NCBI GenBank assembly: GCA_964352625.1
Contig: CAYGSD010000008.1
Span: 61,712 to 125,711 of the forward strand
Length of the DNA: 64,000 bases
Origin: an uncultured Roseivirgaceae bacterium
GTDB taxonomy: Bacteria; Bacteroidota; Bacteroidia; Cytophagales; Cyclobacteriaceae
Direction of reading: 5' to 3'
Below, in pieces: positions 20,885-30,579 of the stretch. The notes below the pieces were generated by a model. That model saw only the letters and a list, made by a program, of their open reading frames with translations. It was not told the origin of the DNA and made no database searches. Both the position numbers and the translations under genes were made by a program. Positions within the stretch are counted from its first letter, which is position 1. Every line of letters begins with the position of its first letter.

Positions 20885-23539
20885 ATGCCGCAGGATTTTT
20901 TAGGAATCGAAAGACAACTCACCACAAAACTTGGAACACACAGCTATTTCAGTCTTTCAGAATTGGCGAAGAAGGAAACCGTGGTAAATAAACTCCCCTA
21001 TTCCATTCGTATCTTATTGGAGAACGCCATTCGAAACTATGACGGATTTGCCGTCACTGAAGAGCACGTTCAGTCCATCCTTAATTGGAAAGAAACAGCT
21101 GGGGACAAAGACATTCCTTACTCTCCTGCTCGCGTACTGATGCAAGATTTTACTGGCGTGCCTGCCGTAGTGGACATTGCGTCCATCCGATCTGAGGTGG
21201 CAAGAAAAGGTAAAGACATTGGTAAAACCAATCCCCTCGTTCCTGCCGACATGGTCATCGATCACTCGGTAGTTGTCGATCATTTCGGTCATGCAGATTC
21301 CTTTCAAAAAAATGTGGATCTTGAATACGAACGGAACGCAGAAAGATATAAGCTCCTTAAGTGGGGGCAGCAGGCATTCACCAACTTCAGCGTTGTGCCT
21401 CCGGGCATGGGCATCTGCCATCAGGTGAATTTGGAATACTTGGCAAAAGGTGTGATTGATAGAGAAGGGTATTTATTCCCTGATACGTTGGTAGGTACTG
21501 ATTCTCACACACCAATGGTCAATGGAATCGGCGTTCTGGGCTGGGGTGTTGGAGGAATCGAGGCGGAAGCTGCTATGCTGGGCCAGCCTATTTACATGAT
21601 CCTTCCGCAGGTAATCGGATTGAAACTTACAGGCAAAATGGTAGAAGGTACCACCTCCACTGACCTTGTACTGACCATTACAAGATTGCTAAGAGATTAC
21701 GGTGTAGTTGGAAAAATCGTTGAAGTGTTTGGGCCGGGGTTGGCAAATCTCGCCGTGACGGACAGAGCCACGATCTCCAACATGTCACCTGAATTTGGCT
21801 GCACGGATACACACTGGCCGATAGACGATCAGACATTGGATTACATGCGCAAAACCTGTCGCACGGAAGACCACATCGACATGGTGGAAGCTTATGCAAA
21901 AGCGAACATGCTTTGGCGAGACGACTCAGCCGAGATTGATTACACCGATGTGATTGAGTTGGATTTGGGAACCGTAGAGCCAACCATCTCAGGCCCTAAG
22001 CGGCCACAGGACAAAATTTTATTGAGAAACGCCAAAACTCAAATGGGCAAATTGCTCGACGAGTATGGAGCAAAAAGGCAGAGCATCGAAGTTTCAACAA
22101 AAGAGTACGGTGACTTCACCCTGAACGAATCTTCTGTGGTAATCGCAGCGATTACCTCCTGCACCAACACCTCCAACCCGAGCGTAATGATTGGGGCGGG
22201 CTTGGTGGCTAAGAAAGCCAATGAACTTGGTCTGAGTATCAAGCCTTGGGTGAAAACATCCTTGGCTCCAGGCTCCAGAGTGGTCACTGAATATCTGGAC
22301 AAATCAAATCTCACAAAAGAACTGGAAGCTTTGAGTTTCTACAACGTAGGATACGGTTGTACGACCTGTATCGGAAACTCAGGAGACATGATTCCTGAGG
22401 TGCAGAAAGCGGTCATCGATAATAACATGGTGGTGTGCTCGGCACTTTCCGGAAACAGAAACTTCGAGGCGCGGATTCACCCGAACATCAAAATGAACTT
22501 CTTGGCATCTCCGATGCTCGTCGTGGCTTATGCGATTGCTGGAACCATGGATTTTGATATGAACAATGAAGCATTGGGAACGGACAAAAACGGCAACCCC
22601 GTTTACCTAAAAGACATCTGGCCTAATTCATCAGAAATTCAGGAAGTGATGACGAAAGTTTTGCGACCAGAAGACTACAAGGCGAATTATGAGACGATCT
22701 TCGATGGTGACGATTCATGGAGAAATCTGGAAGCCCCAACAGGGAAAATTTACGAATGGGACAGCAAGTCCACGTACATTCAAGAAGCACCTTTCTTCCA
22801 AAATATTTCTGAAGAGGTGCCCAACCCTGAGAACATCACAGGAGCAAAAGTGCTGCTTCAACTTGGTGACATGGTGACCACTGACCACATCTCTCCTGCC
22901 GGAAAATTTTTACCGGAACATCCTGCCGGAAAGTACTTGGTGGAGAATGGCGTGGAGAAAAAAGACTTCAACTCCTACGGTTCTCGACGAGGTAATCATG
23001 AAGTGATGATGCGCGGAACCTTTGCGAACGTGAGAATCAAAAACAAACTAGCGACACGGGAAGGCGGCTGGACAACTCATCACCCAACTGGTGAGGAAAT
23101 GACCGTCTTCGATGCATCCATGAAATACCAAGATGCGGGCACCCCGCTCGTGGTGATCGGCGGCAAAGAGTATGGCTCTGGTTCGTCCCGTGACTGGGCA
23201 GCAAAAGGCACAACACTCTTGGGTGTGAAGGCGGTCATTGTGGAGAGCTATGAGCGAATCCATAGATCGAACTTGGTTGGCATGGGCGTTCTTCCACTTC
23301 AATTTCAAGAAGGCGAAAACCAGGATACTTTAGGACTGACTGGCGATGAGGTGTATGACATCTCAGGTATTGACAATGATTTGACTGCTGGTAAAATCGT
23401 GGATGTTACGGCTACCAAGCCTGACGGCACAGCGATTAAATTTAAAGCAAAACTGAGACTAGACTCAGGTGTGGACGTGGAATACTTCAAGCACGGTGGG
23501 ATATTGAATTATGTTTTGAGGAATTTCTTGAAGGATTAG
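20885..23539 (+). CDS. acnA: Aconitate hydratase A.
   Basis: The 884-aa translation has the AcnA/IRP family layout (Cys cluster ligands, SGNRNFEGR motif). Confidence 0.9.
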   Translation: MPQDFLGIERQLTTKLGTHSYFSLSELAKKETVVNKLPYSIRILLENAIRNYDGFAVTEEHVQSILNWKETAGDKDIPYSPARVLMQDFTGVPAVVDIASIRSEVARKGKDIGKTNPLVPADMVIDHSVVVDHFGHADSFQKNVDLEYERNAERYKLLKWGQQAFTNFSVVPPGMGICHQVNLEYLAKGVIDREGYLFPDTLVGTDSHTPMVNGIGVLGWGVGGIEAEAAMLGQPIYMILPQVIGLKLTGKMVEGTTSTDLVLTITRLLRDYGVVGKIVEVFGPGLANLAVTDRATISNMSPEFGCTDTHWPIDDQTLDYMRKTCRTEDHIDMVEAYAKANMLWRDDSAEIDYTDVIELDLGTVEPTISGPKRPQDKILLRNAKTQMGKLLDEYGAKRQSIEVSTKEYGDFTLNESSVVIAAITSCTNTSNPSVMIGAGLVAKKANELGLSIKPWVKTSLAPGSRVVTEYLDKSNLTKELEALSFYNVGYGCTTCIGNSGDMIPEVQKAVIDNNMVVCSALSGNRNFEARIHPNIKMNFLASPMLVVAYAIAGTMDFDMNNEALGTDKNGNPVYLKDIWPNSSEIQEVMTKVLRPEDYKANYETIFDGDDSWRNLEAPTGKIYEWDSKSTYIQEAPFFQNISEEVPNPENITGAKVLLQLGDMVTTDHISPAGKFLPEHPAGKYLVENGVEKKDFNSYGSRRGNHEVMMRGTFANVRIKNKLATREGGWTTHHPTGEEMTVFDASMKYQDAGTPLVVIGGKEYGSGSSRDWAAKGTTLLGVKAVIVESYERIHRSNLVGMGVLPLQFQEGENQDTLGLTGDEVYDISGIDNDLTAGKIVDVTATKPDGTAIKFKAKLRLDSGVDVEYFKHGGILNYVLRNFLKD

Positions 23540-23540
23540 T

Positions 23541-23564
23541 CACCCCTGAACCTGCTCAGGGGTG
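23541..23564 (+). terminator. Hairpin immediately after the acnA stop, with no U-tract.
   Basis: cacccctga-acctgc-tcaggggtg forms a perfect 9-bp stem. No T-run follows, so termination is uncertain. Confidence 0.3.
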
Positions 23565-23743
23565 GGAACTGTGAGACTAAAACGAAAAAAATGAGGCTGC
23601 CTCAAAAGTTGGCAGCATTGGAGTAATTGTCACATTGAGCTCGTCGAAATGTGAATTCTTTTAATAGAAATAGGTTTCGACAGGCTCAACCTGACACAGG
23701 CTTTGACTTTTGAGACAGTCTTTTTTTTTTGGTTGCCTAATGA

Positions 23744-24409
23744 CTAAGTTTTTTTGAGGTATCCATTCGGATTGTATGTCTTGTTGTAGCCGAAAAAATC
23801 GCAATAAAATTCATCCACTTCGAATACCGTAGGACTATTATCAAAAAAGTCACTTATTGCTCTATTGGGTCCTCCATTATACTTTTCAGACAAGCCCAAT
23901 TCATCTAAATTTCCATCCTCCATCACCAGATACTCACCTGCTTCCAAATGTTTCCCAAAGTACTCCAGCACATGTGTACATACTTCATAGGTGTGGGCTG
24001 AATCTTCTATGACGATCCAAGGCCTTGGCAAATTCTTCAAGCTACTTGAGCTAAATATCTTGGGCAGATCTGATGCATCTCCGGTAACAAATTCCACATT
24101 TGGGATTTCAATTTCCGGTGGAGTATTAATGTCTATAGAAATGATTTTAGCGTCCAGCGAATAGTTCTTGCTTAGGTCAGAAAAGAAGAGTGCGCTACCA
24201 CCGTGCTTTGACCCGATTTCAATGATTGTCCTAGGTTTAGTAGCCCAAAAAAGATGATGGTAGATCGATAGGTCAAATGGACTTTTGAGGCATGGCACTC
24301 CTTTGTATTGGCTTCTGAAGAGTATCCCCTTTTGGATGCCCTTTAATAATTCGGGTTCAAGCCCTGTGTTGAAACTTCGCATTGTCAAGGTATTTTGGTA
24401 ATGTATCAC
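23744..24409 (-). CDS. CmcI-family (cephalosporin hydroxylase-like) class I SAM-dependent O-methyltransferase.
   Basis: The 221-aa ORF is called from its size and the EIGSKHGGSALFF segment, by recall of the CmcI family. It overlaps the upstream methyltransferase stop. Confidence 0.65.
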   Translation of the reverse strand: MIHYQNTLTMRSFNTGLEPELLKGIQKGILFRSQYKGVPCLKSPFDLSIYHHLFWATKPRTIIEIGSKHGGSALFFSDLSKNYSLDAKIISIDINTPPEIEIPNVEFVTGDASDLPKIFSSSSLKNLPRPWIVIEDSAHTYEVCTHVLEYFGKHLEAGEYLVMEDGNLDELGLSEKYNGGPNRAISDFFDNSPTVFEVDEFYCDFFGYNKTYNPNGYLKKT

Positions 24410-25028
24410 AAGAGTGTGGCTCTAGAGCTCTGGCCAATTCATCGCGTGATGAAATATCATACTTTCCATTATAAATATCAGCCAAGATTTTCTCGTAATT
24501 GTCAGCCAAAATGGTACAAGTGGGATTAAGGTTCACGATGCTAGCCAGTCCTTTCATTTTTACATCAAATGATGTGATCTCTAAATCCGGTCGATACTCT
24601 TTCAGAATCAGAATCAGTTTATACACATCGCCAGTCCATTCGTCTCTTGTCCTGACTCTTTCTGTCCATCTGATATCATCAGGTAAAATATCATCGACTA
24701 GAACCACACTGCAAGCAGAAGCATTTTTCTCAAGATTGATAAAGTCCCTAAGGGCATATTCGACCAAATGCATTCCATCAATAAATGCCAGGTCAAAGCT
24801 TCGACCAAGTATTTCCTGTAGGTTATGTTCTTCAAAAAATTGATCACTACTCGTTTCAAAGAGCGTGACCGAATCAGGTAGATCCACCTTCAATTCAATA
24901 TCCGGATCAATCCCAATGCTCTTGCATTGGGACAAAATCATGCTGTGACCATTGCGAACGCCTATCTCGACATATCCACTTGGATTGATTGCAGTATGAA
25001 AAATGTCAAGAGCATTTAAATAATCCAT
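24357..25028 (-). CDS. Class I SAM-dependent methyltransferase (sugar/macrolide O-methyltransferase-like).
   Basis: The 223-aa ORF has [10 protein letters not shown] (motif I) and FIDGMH. It is clearly not a DNA methyltransferase. Confidence 0.6.
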   Translation of the reverse strand: MDYLNALDIFHTAINPSGYVEIGVRNGHSMILSQCKSIGIDPDIELKVDLPDSVTLFETSSDQFFEEHNLQEILGRSFDLAFIDGMHLVEYALRDFINLEKNASACSVVLVDDILPDDIRWTERVRTRDEWTGDVYKLILILKEYRPDLEITSFDVKMKGLASIVNLNPTCTILADNYEKILADIYNGKYDISSRDELARALEPHSCDTLPKYLDNAKFQHRA

Positions 25029-25153
25029 ATGCCTCTAACCTTACTGGTCTTCCAAACAAATGGTCTCTGAATTTCAGGGATTATAATTTCATTGGATTTG
25101 ATCCAACCAAGAAGAATATCAATGGTTTGATTTTGAACAGAGTATTTAGACAT
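25016..25153 (-). pseudogene. N-terminal remnant of a DUF262 (GmrSD / ParB-like nuclease) gene.
   Basis: [34 protein letters not shown] carries the DUF262 IPxxQRxxVW hallmark. The frame stops after 46 codons exactly at the methyltransferase ATG (ATGGATTATTTAA). Intact DUF262 proteins are 300–600 aa. Confidence 0.5.
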
Positions 25154-25245
25154 AGTAAATGATTTAGGTTGGTTAAATATATTGTAAAACTGAATACAGT
25201 TAGGGGAACTAATTATTGCACTAGTCTTACATCCAATCATCGGCT

Positions 25246-26799
25246 ATGGATATTATTGAGAATACCTACGCTAAAAAGAAAAGCGGTGAAGTGCTGCATG
25301 TCTCCAAGGCTCCAAGTGGAAGGAGAGGCTATTTCTGTCTTGGCTGTGATCAACAGATGCAAGCAGTTCATTTCAGTGATCCAAAACGGAAATCATATTT
25401 TCGTCATGACCCCAAGTTTGTCACCCCTGATAATGCATGTACTTATCGAGACGAAACTTACCGTCATAAACTTGCAAAGGACATCCTACAGCGCCTTAAA
25501 TGGATCAAAGTACCAGTTGTCAAGAAATTTGCTCCTAAAGGAACAGAGGGTGATCCCATGATTTTGAAGGATTCTGAGACTATTGAAGGACATTCCGTTC
25601 TTATAGAAAGGCAATTTTATGAGAGTGATGATGGACAAGTTTTTTACGGCTCGAATCCAGATATAAAATTTAAACATGAAATCATTAGACCTGATGTCGC
25701 ATTTCTAGATCAGGAAAATCGACCGATTCTCTTTATTGAGATTGTTGCTACTCATAAGGTCAGTCAAGAGAAAATCTTAAAAATAAGACGTCTTGGAATT
25801 AACACAGTACAAGTCAAAATTCCTCGAGATTCACCTGAAGAAATCGAAAGAAGCTTCAGAATACTAGAACACACTAAATGGTTATTCCATGAAACCGAAT
25901 TCAGAACTACCTACGTACAACCTTCCAGATCACATACTGAGAGAGTATCAAGCGCTGCAACAATCGAAAGACCAATTTTTGAAGAGTCTTATGCCTGCCG
26001 AGCAGCGCAAATTGGAAACCTTGTACGATCAATTAGAAGATGCTATAGCGGCGAACAATACGCCGAAATTGAAAGCAGAATTCAACGGACTATTGAAGAA
26101 GAAACCCGAGAACTTGAAAAACTTGAAAGAAGACGAGAAGAGTTTCGAAATACAGTACGAGAAAGAGTTCATAAGAAGCATGAACATGAAGAAACAGAAC
26201 AGTCTGAATTTCAAGAAGGAATCTCAAGAAGATATAATGAATTGGAAGGACGATATAATAGAAAGAGAAGAGAGCTTGAAAGCGAGCAAGAAGCGGTTTA
26301 TCGAGATATTGACGCAGAACTCGGAACAAAAAAATGGATTGAAGAAAGAAGAAAAGAAATTGCTAGAGATTTTCGAGGTGCAGAGATCAATCTCGAAAGA
26401 CTTAGAAGAAGCATCGAAGATGAGTTTGGAAATAGAACTTCCATACCAGCAAGATTTAGACGACAAGAAGAAGAATTGGAAGAAAAGTTTAGAATTGAAG
26501 AGTCTCGAATTGAAAGGGATAAAGAAGAAGCACAACTCCAAGGACAGCAATTACACCAAAGAATTAAGAGTCTTAGAGAGGAGCTTGAATCGAAGTTTAT
26601 TGCATTACGAGAAGAACTTAACTCAGCAGTTAGAGACCGAAATTTGGAAGGAGCTAAAGGAAAGTTCAGAACACTACACGCACTTCTTCAAAAAAGGAAA
26701 CGAGTCACAAGCATTGAAAACCTTAAAACTTCTCTCGACAGAACACGAGAAGCTTACGAATGCTTTAAATCGGGGACTTGGAAAAGCTGGCCTAAATGA
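25246..26799 (+). CDS. CoiA-like zinc-finger/nuclease domain protein with a long charged coiled-coil C-terminal tail.
   Basis: Residues 1–210 have CLGCDQQ...HFSD...YFRH and RPDVAFLD...LFIEIVATH...ILKIRRLGINTVQV, which resembles the CoiA / PD-(D/E)xK pattern. Residues ~240–517 are E/R/K-rich. The 3' half is a purine-rich tract. Confidence 0.55.
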   Translation: MDIIENTYAKKKSGEVLHVSKAPSGRRGYFCLGCDQQMQAVHFSDPKRKSYFRHDPKFVTPDNACTYRDETYRHKLAKDILQRLKWIKVPVVKKFAPKGTEGDPMILKDSETIEGHSVLIERQFYESDDGQVFYGSNPDIKFKHEIIRPDVAFLDQENRPILFIEIVATHKVSQEKILKIRRLGINTVQVKIPRDSPEEIERSFRILEHTKWLFHETEFRTTYVQPSRSHTERVSSAATIERPIFEESYACRAAQIGNLVRSIRRCYSGEQYAEIESRIQRTIEEETRELEKLERRREEFRNTVRERVHKKHEHEETEQSEFQEGISRRYNELEGRYNRKRRELESEQEAVYRDIDAELGTKKWIEERRKEIARDFRGAEINLERLRRSIEDEFGNRTSIPARFRRQEEELEEKFRIEESRIERDKEEAQLQGQQLHQRIKSLREELESKFIALREELNSAVRDRNLEGAKGKFRTLHALLQKRKRVTSIENLKTSLDRTREAYECFKSGTWKSWPK

Positions 26800-26898
26800 G
26801 GATTGGTTCTGGGACAACTTCAACAAAACCAATCTTGACTCGTCGGGCTCATAACCCGGAGGTCAATTCCAAAGACCATCACGTCATTCAGAAAGGCA

Positions 26899-26935
26899 CA
26901 AAAAAAAACCGGCACTAGGCCGGTTTTCATTTTCT
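26899..26935. terminator. Bidirectional Rho-independent terminator.
   Basis: The pattern is A9–ccggc-actag-gccgg–T4. It lies between convergent genes ending at 26799 (+) and 26949 (−). Confidence 0.6.
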
Positions 26936-26948
26936 GATTTATAGAATC

Positions 26949-27596
26949 TTACTCAGCCTTAGCTGATAGAGAAATGCCAATTGTGATGTCATCAGAAAGG
27001 ATCATGTCCTTCATGTAATGCACCCAGGCCACCTCATATTTTTGTCTATCAAAGACCAAGTCAGCTTTTGCTGATAGGCCATTGTCTGTTACCTCCAAAG
27101 ACGTAATAGTAGCCTCCTCTTCATTGGTATTGCCTCGGATAGTCAAATCACCAACAAGCTTATTTCCAGTATGAGATTTGATCACGAATGTAGCCGTTGG
27201 ATATTCTTCAACTAAGAAGAAATCGCCGGTAGTCAAATGATCCACCAGGTCTTGCGGGGTTTTGCCACTAGATGTGTAAGAAGCCGTATCCAAAGGCTGG
27301 ATAGAGGTCATGTCAATAACCACTTCGCCACCTGTGATCGTATTTCCCTTTGCGGTGACAGACCCCTCGGCTATGTTGATCACCCCATTGTGACCGTATA
27401 CGCCAGCCACTTCGCCCTTCCAGGACACTTCCGAATCACTCGCATTGACCGCATAAGTTACCGGAGTTCCTTCAGTTGAGACAACTTCGGTTCCATTTTC
27501 TGAAGAAGTCTTCGCTCCTCCTCCGCATGACGTAAGTACTGCCATCAATCCGATGACAATGAATGAACTAAGAACAGATTTCATAAGATTTTGCAT
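26949..27596 (-). CDS. YceI family lipoprotein (second paralog).
   Basis: The YceI-like body follows the lipoprotein signal MQNLMKSVLSSFIVIGLMAVLTSC. The start is set at the internal Met. Confidence 0.75.
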   Translation of the reverse strand: MQNLMKSVLSSFIVIGLMAVLTSCGGGAKTSSENGTEVVSTEGTPVTYAVNASDSEVSWKGEVAGVYGHNGVINIAEGSVTAKGNTITGGEVVIDMTSIQPLDTASYTSSGKTPQDLVDHLTTGDFFLVEEYPTATFVIKSHTGNKLVGDLTIRGNTNEEEATITSLEVTDNGLSAKADLVFDRQKYEVAWVHYMKDMILSDDITIGISLSAKAE

Positions 27597-27770
27597 TTTA
27601 AATTTTGACAAAGGTAGTTCTAATTTTAATTTATATGTATCTACATACAAATATCATTTGAAGATGGTTCCCAATATCATAGAAAAATACGCGTACCTTA
27701 CCTGAGTCCCTTCATGCGGTGAGTGTGGGAATCCTACTTTTCAGGTCAGATCACCCTAAACCACACAAAC

Positions 27771-27887
27771 ATGTCAAAGCAAAAAGAAGGTAAACCGAAG
27801 AATGATAAATCGGCTCCAGCGAAAACGTTGAAGGAAAAGAGAGCAGATAAAGCAGCCAAAAAAGCAGAGAAGAAGAGAAACGGCTAG
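27771..27887 (+). CDS. Putative 38-aa lysine-rich small protein.
   Basis: MSKQKEGKPKNDKSAPAKTLKEKRADKAAKKAEKKRNG. It is not in the ORF track because it is shorter than 60 aa. It is an ATG-initiated ORF in an otherwise 370-bp intergenic region. Confidence 0.25.
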   Translation: MSKQKEGKPKNDKSAPAKTLKEKRADKAAKKAEKKRNG

Positions 27888-28019
27888 CACCCTCAGGTTC
27901 ATTGGCATTGAGCAAAGAGAGCTTTGCCAATTATCTACGCATCAAACCCTTTATCAAGTAGGTTTTCGTACTCAACCCTTGGGTAGTATATTGAGCGATA
28001 TTTTTAATCCAATAAACTC

Positions 28020-30563
28020 ATGAAAACCTCACGAACAAGCTTCATGCTTATGCTCGGACTTCTATTATTAGTAAGCCTGCCAGCAGAAGCTCAGAAGAAA
28101 AAGAAAAAAGGCGAGACCGAAGCGCCCGCCGAAAAGAAGGAAGACAAAAAGAAAACCATTTCTAGCGAGACCAAAAAGCATACTAAAATTGACGGTCTCT
28201 TCACTCTATACCAAGACAGCACCTCTGGCAATGTGAAAATGGTCATATCCGAAGATCAAATTGGCAAAGAATTTATCTACTTCGGTCAGGTGAAAGACGG
28301 TGTTTTGGAAGCTGGAGCTTTCAGAGGCGCTTACGATGGAGAATTTATCTTCAAGATCAACAAGTACTTCAATCGATTAGAATTCGAGAAAGTGAATACC
28401 GGATTTTACTTTGATGAAAACAATGCGCTCAAAAGAGCCGCTGACGCAAATATTAGCCGGGCCATCATGGCAAGCGAAGAAATTATCGTTGATGAGGACG
28501 GAAGCTACCTGATCGATGCAAACAACCTTTTCGTAAAAGAAACTCTGACCCAAATCAAAGGCCCTGGGTCATCAAACCCGAATGCCTTCTCGCTTGGAAG
28601 TGCAAGCAAGGACAAGACAAAAATTCTTTCGATTAAGAACTACCCTGAAAATTTGAATCTTGCCGTTCAGTACGTCTACGACAATTCCGCTCCGAAAAAT
28701 TACGGTGGTAATGCAGTGACCGACGCGCGTTACGTTTCCATCGAGGTGTTTTATACTTTAATGGCCGTTCCTGAAAATGATTATGAGCCAAGAATGGACG
28801 ACCCTCGGGTAGGCTACTTCCTCAATCAGGTGGATGACCAAACCGACCCTTCGGCTACTCCCTATCGTGATTTGATCAATAGATGGCATCTCAAAAAGAA
28901 AGATCCCAATGCAGCTATATCTGAACCCGTAGAACCAATCACATGGTGGATAGAAAATACTACGCCAGTCGAGTGGAGAGAAACGATCAAAGAAGGTGTG
29001 CTAGCATGGAATCCGGCATTTGAGAAAGCTGGCTTTAAAAACGCCATGGTGGTGAAAGTTCAACCAGATGATGCAGACTGGGACGCTGGAGATATTCGCT
29101 ACAATGTGCTGCGATGGACGAGCTCACCAAATCCTCCATTCGGTGGATACGGCCCAAGTTTCACTAACCCAAGAACTGGTCAAATACTTGGAGCGGACAT
29201 CATGCTTGAGTTCGTGCACTTTGCCAACAGGGTGAAATACGATAAGATTTACAACCTGGCTATGAGTGAGGAGAGTGAATTCACACCAATGTTCGGTAAA
29301 GGGAACAACAAGTATTGCGACTATGGAGACTTCAAGCAGCAAGACATGCTTTTCGGAATGATCACGGCGGGAGTATCCGCCGATGCGGACATAGACATGG
29401 AAGGAATTAAGAAAGAAGCCATGATCGAATTGATTCTTCATGAAGTGGGTCACACTATCGGTTTGAATCATAATATGAAAGCTTCGCAAATGTTCTCTCC
29501 GGAGCAACTTGTAAATAAAAAAGATGGGGTACTTACAGGCTCGATCATGGATTATGTAGCAACAAACATTACTAGAGACAGAAGCAAGCAAGGCAACTAT
29601 TATTCTACGGCTGTAGGCCCTTACGATGTTTGGGCAGTGCAATTTGGATATCAACCATTTAAATCTGAAGCTGAGAAAGAAGCATTATTGGCAATGTCCA
29701 CTAAGCCTGAATTGACATTTGGAAATGATGCTGACGACATGCGATCTGCCGGTAAGGCTATCGACCCGAGAGTCAACACCGGTGATCTATCCAATGATGC
29801 CATCAAATACAGCATCGACCGTTTCGAAACGGTAAGAAGCTTAATGAAAGACTTGAAAAAGAACACTGTTGAGGATGGTGACACGTATCAAGAGCTTCGT
29901 CAGAATTTCTATATCCTAAGTGGCCAATACAGCGGTGCTTCAAGAGTATTGTCAAGATATGTTGGCGGAGTGTATGTTGACCGAGCACTGGCTGGGCAAG
30001 AAGGAGGTACGCAACCTTTCACCCCGGTGGCTTACGCTGATCAGAAAAGAGCAATGGATGCCTTGAGCAAGTACGTATTTGCTCCTGACGCTTGGAAAGC
30101 TCCGGCCGATCTTTACAATTACTTAGCCATGCAACGAAGAGGATACAACTTCTTCTCAAGCCCTGAAGATCCGAAAATTCACAGCCTGGTGATGAGTATT
30201 CAGAATCAGGCTTTGGATCACTTGCTACACTACAACACCATGCAGCGTCTAGTAGATTCTGAGCTATATGGAAACACCTACGATCTTGGAGAAATGATGA
30301 CGGCCTTGAACGATGCAATCATGAAAGCTGACATCAGTGGAAGTGTGAATACCATGCGCCAGAACCTACAAATTGAGTACGCTACTAAACTGGCAGAAAT
30401 AGTAGGAAACGACAAGCAGTATAGTCACACGTCCAGATCAATGGCGCTGTACAACCTGAAGCAAATAGCTAGAATGGCTTCCAACTCTGCTGGAAACACC
30501 TTGTCAAAAGCACACAAGGAGCATTTGAAGCTGATCGTGGCAGGTGCCCTGGATCAGGATTAA
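28020..30563 (+). CDS. Secreted zinc-dependent metalloprotease (zincin family; DUF4953/DUF5117-type).
   Basis: There is a signal peptide and a HEVGHTIGLNHN zincin motif. The size is 847 aa. Confidence 0.8.
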   Translation: MKTSRTSFMLMLGLLLLVSLPAEAQKKKKKGETEAPAEKKEDKKKTISSETKKHTKIDGLFTLYQDSTSGNVKMVISEDQIGKEFIYFGQVKDGVLEAGAFRGAYDGEFIFKINKYFNRLEFEKVNTGFYFDENNALKRAADANISRAIMASEEIIVDEDGSYLIDANNLFVKETLTQIKGPGSSNPNAFSLGSASKDKTKILSIKNYPENLNLAVQYVYDNSAPKNYGGNAVTDARYVSIEVFYTLMAVPENDYEPRMDDPRVGYFLNQVDDQTDPSATPYRDLINRWHLKKKDPNAAISEPVEPITWWIENTTPVEWRETIKEGVLAWNPAFEKAGFKNAMVVKVQPDDADWDAGDIRYNVLRWTSSPNPPFGGYGPSFTNPRTGQILGADIMLEFVHFANRVKYDKIYNLAMSEESEFTPMFGKGNNKYCDYGDFKQQDMLFGMITAGVSADADIDMEGIKKEAMIELILHEVGHTIGLNHNMKASQMFSPEQLVNKKDGVLTGSIMDYVATNITRDRSKQGNYYSTAVGPYDVWAVQFGYQPFKSEAEKEALLAMSTKPELTFGNDADDMRSAGKAIDPRVNTGDLSNDAIKYSIDRFETVRSLMKDLKKNTVEDGDTYQELRQNFYILSGQYSGASRVLSRYVGGVYVDRALAGQEGGTQPFTPVAYADQKRAMDALSKYVFAPDAWKAPADLYNYLAMQRRGYNFFSSPEDPKIHSLVMSIQNQALDHLLHYNTMQRLVDSELYGNTYDLGEMMTALNDAIMKADISGSVNTMRQNLQIEYATKLAEIVGNDKQYSHTSRSMALYNLKQIARMASNSAGNTLSKAHKEHLKLIVAGALDQD

Positions 30564-30579
30564 AAATATTTTATTTGAG

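Noticed and set aside
26029-26550. Three minus-strand ORFs (61–108 aa) rich in F, L and S.
   Set aside because: They are the pyrimidine-rich complement of the same purine tract. They have low-complexity translations and no start context.
25889-26854. A 321-aa ORF in the +2 frame overlapping the 3' half of the CoiA-like gene.
   Set aside because: It lies entirely inside a purine-rich (GAA/AGA) tract where T-containing stop codons are rare in every forward frame. It has no independent N-terminal domain, and the +1 frame continues a bona fide N-terminal domain. This is a compositional artefact, not a programmed frameshift that I can support.
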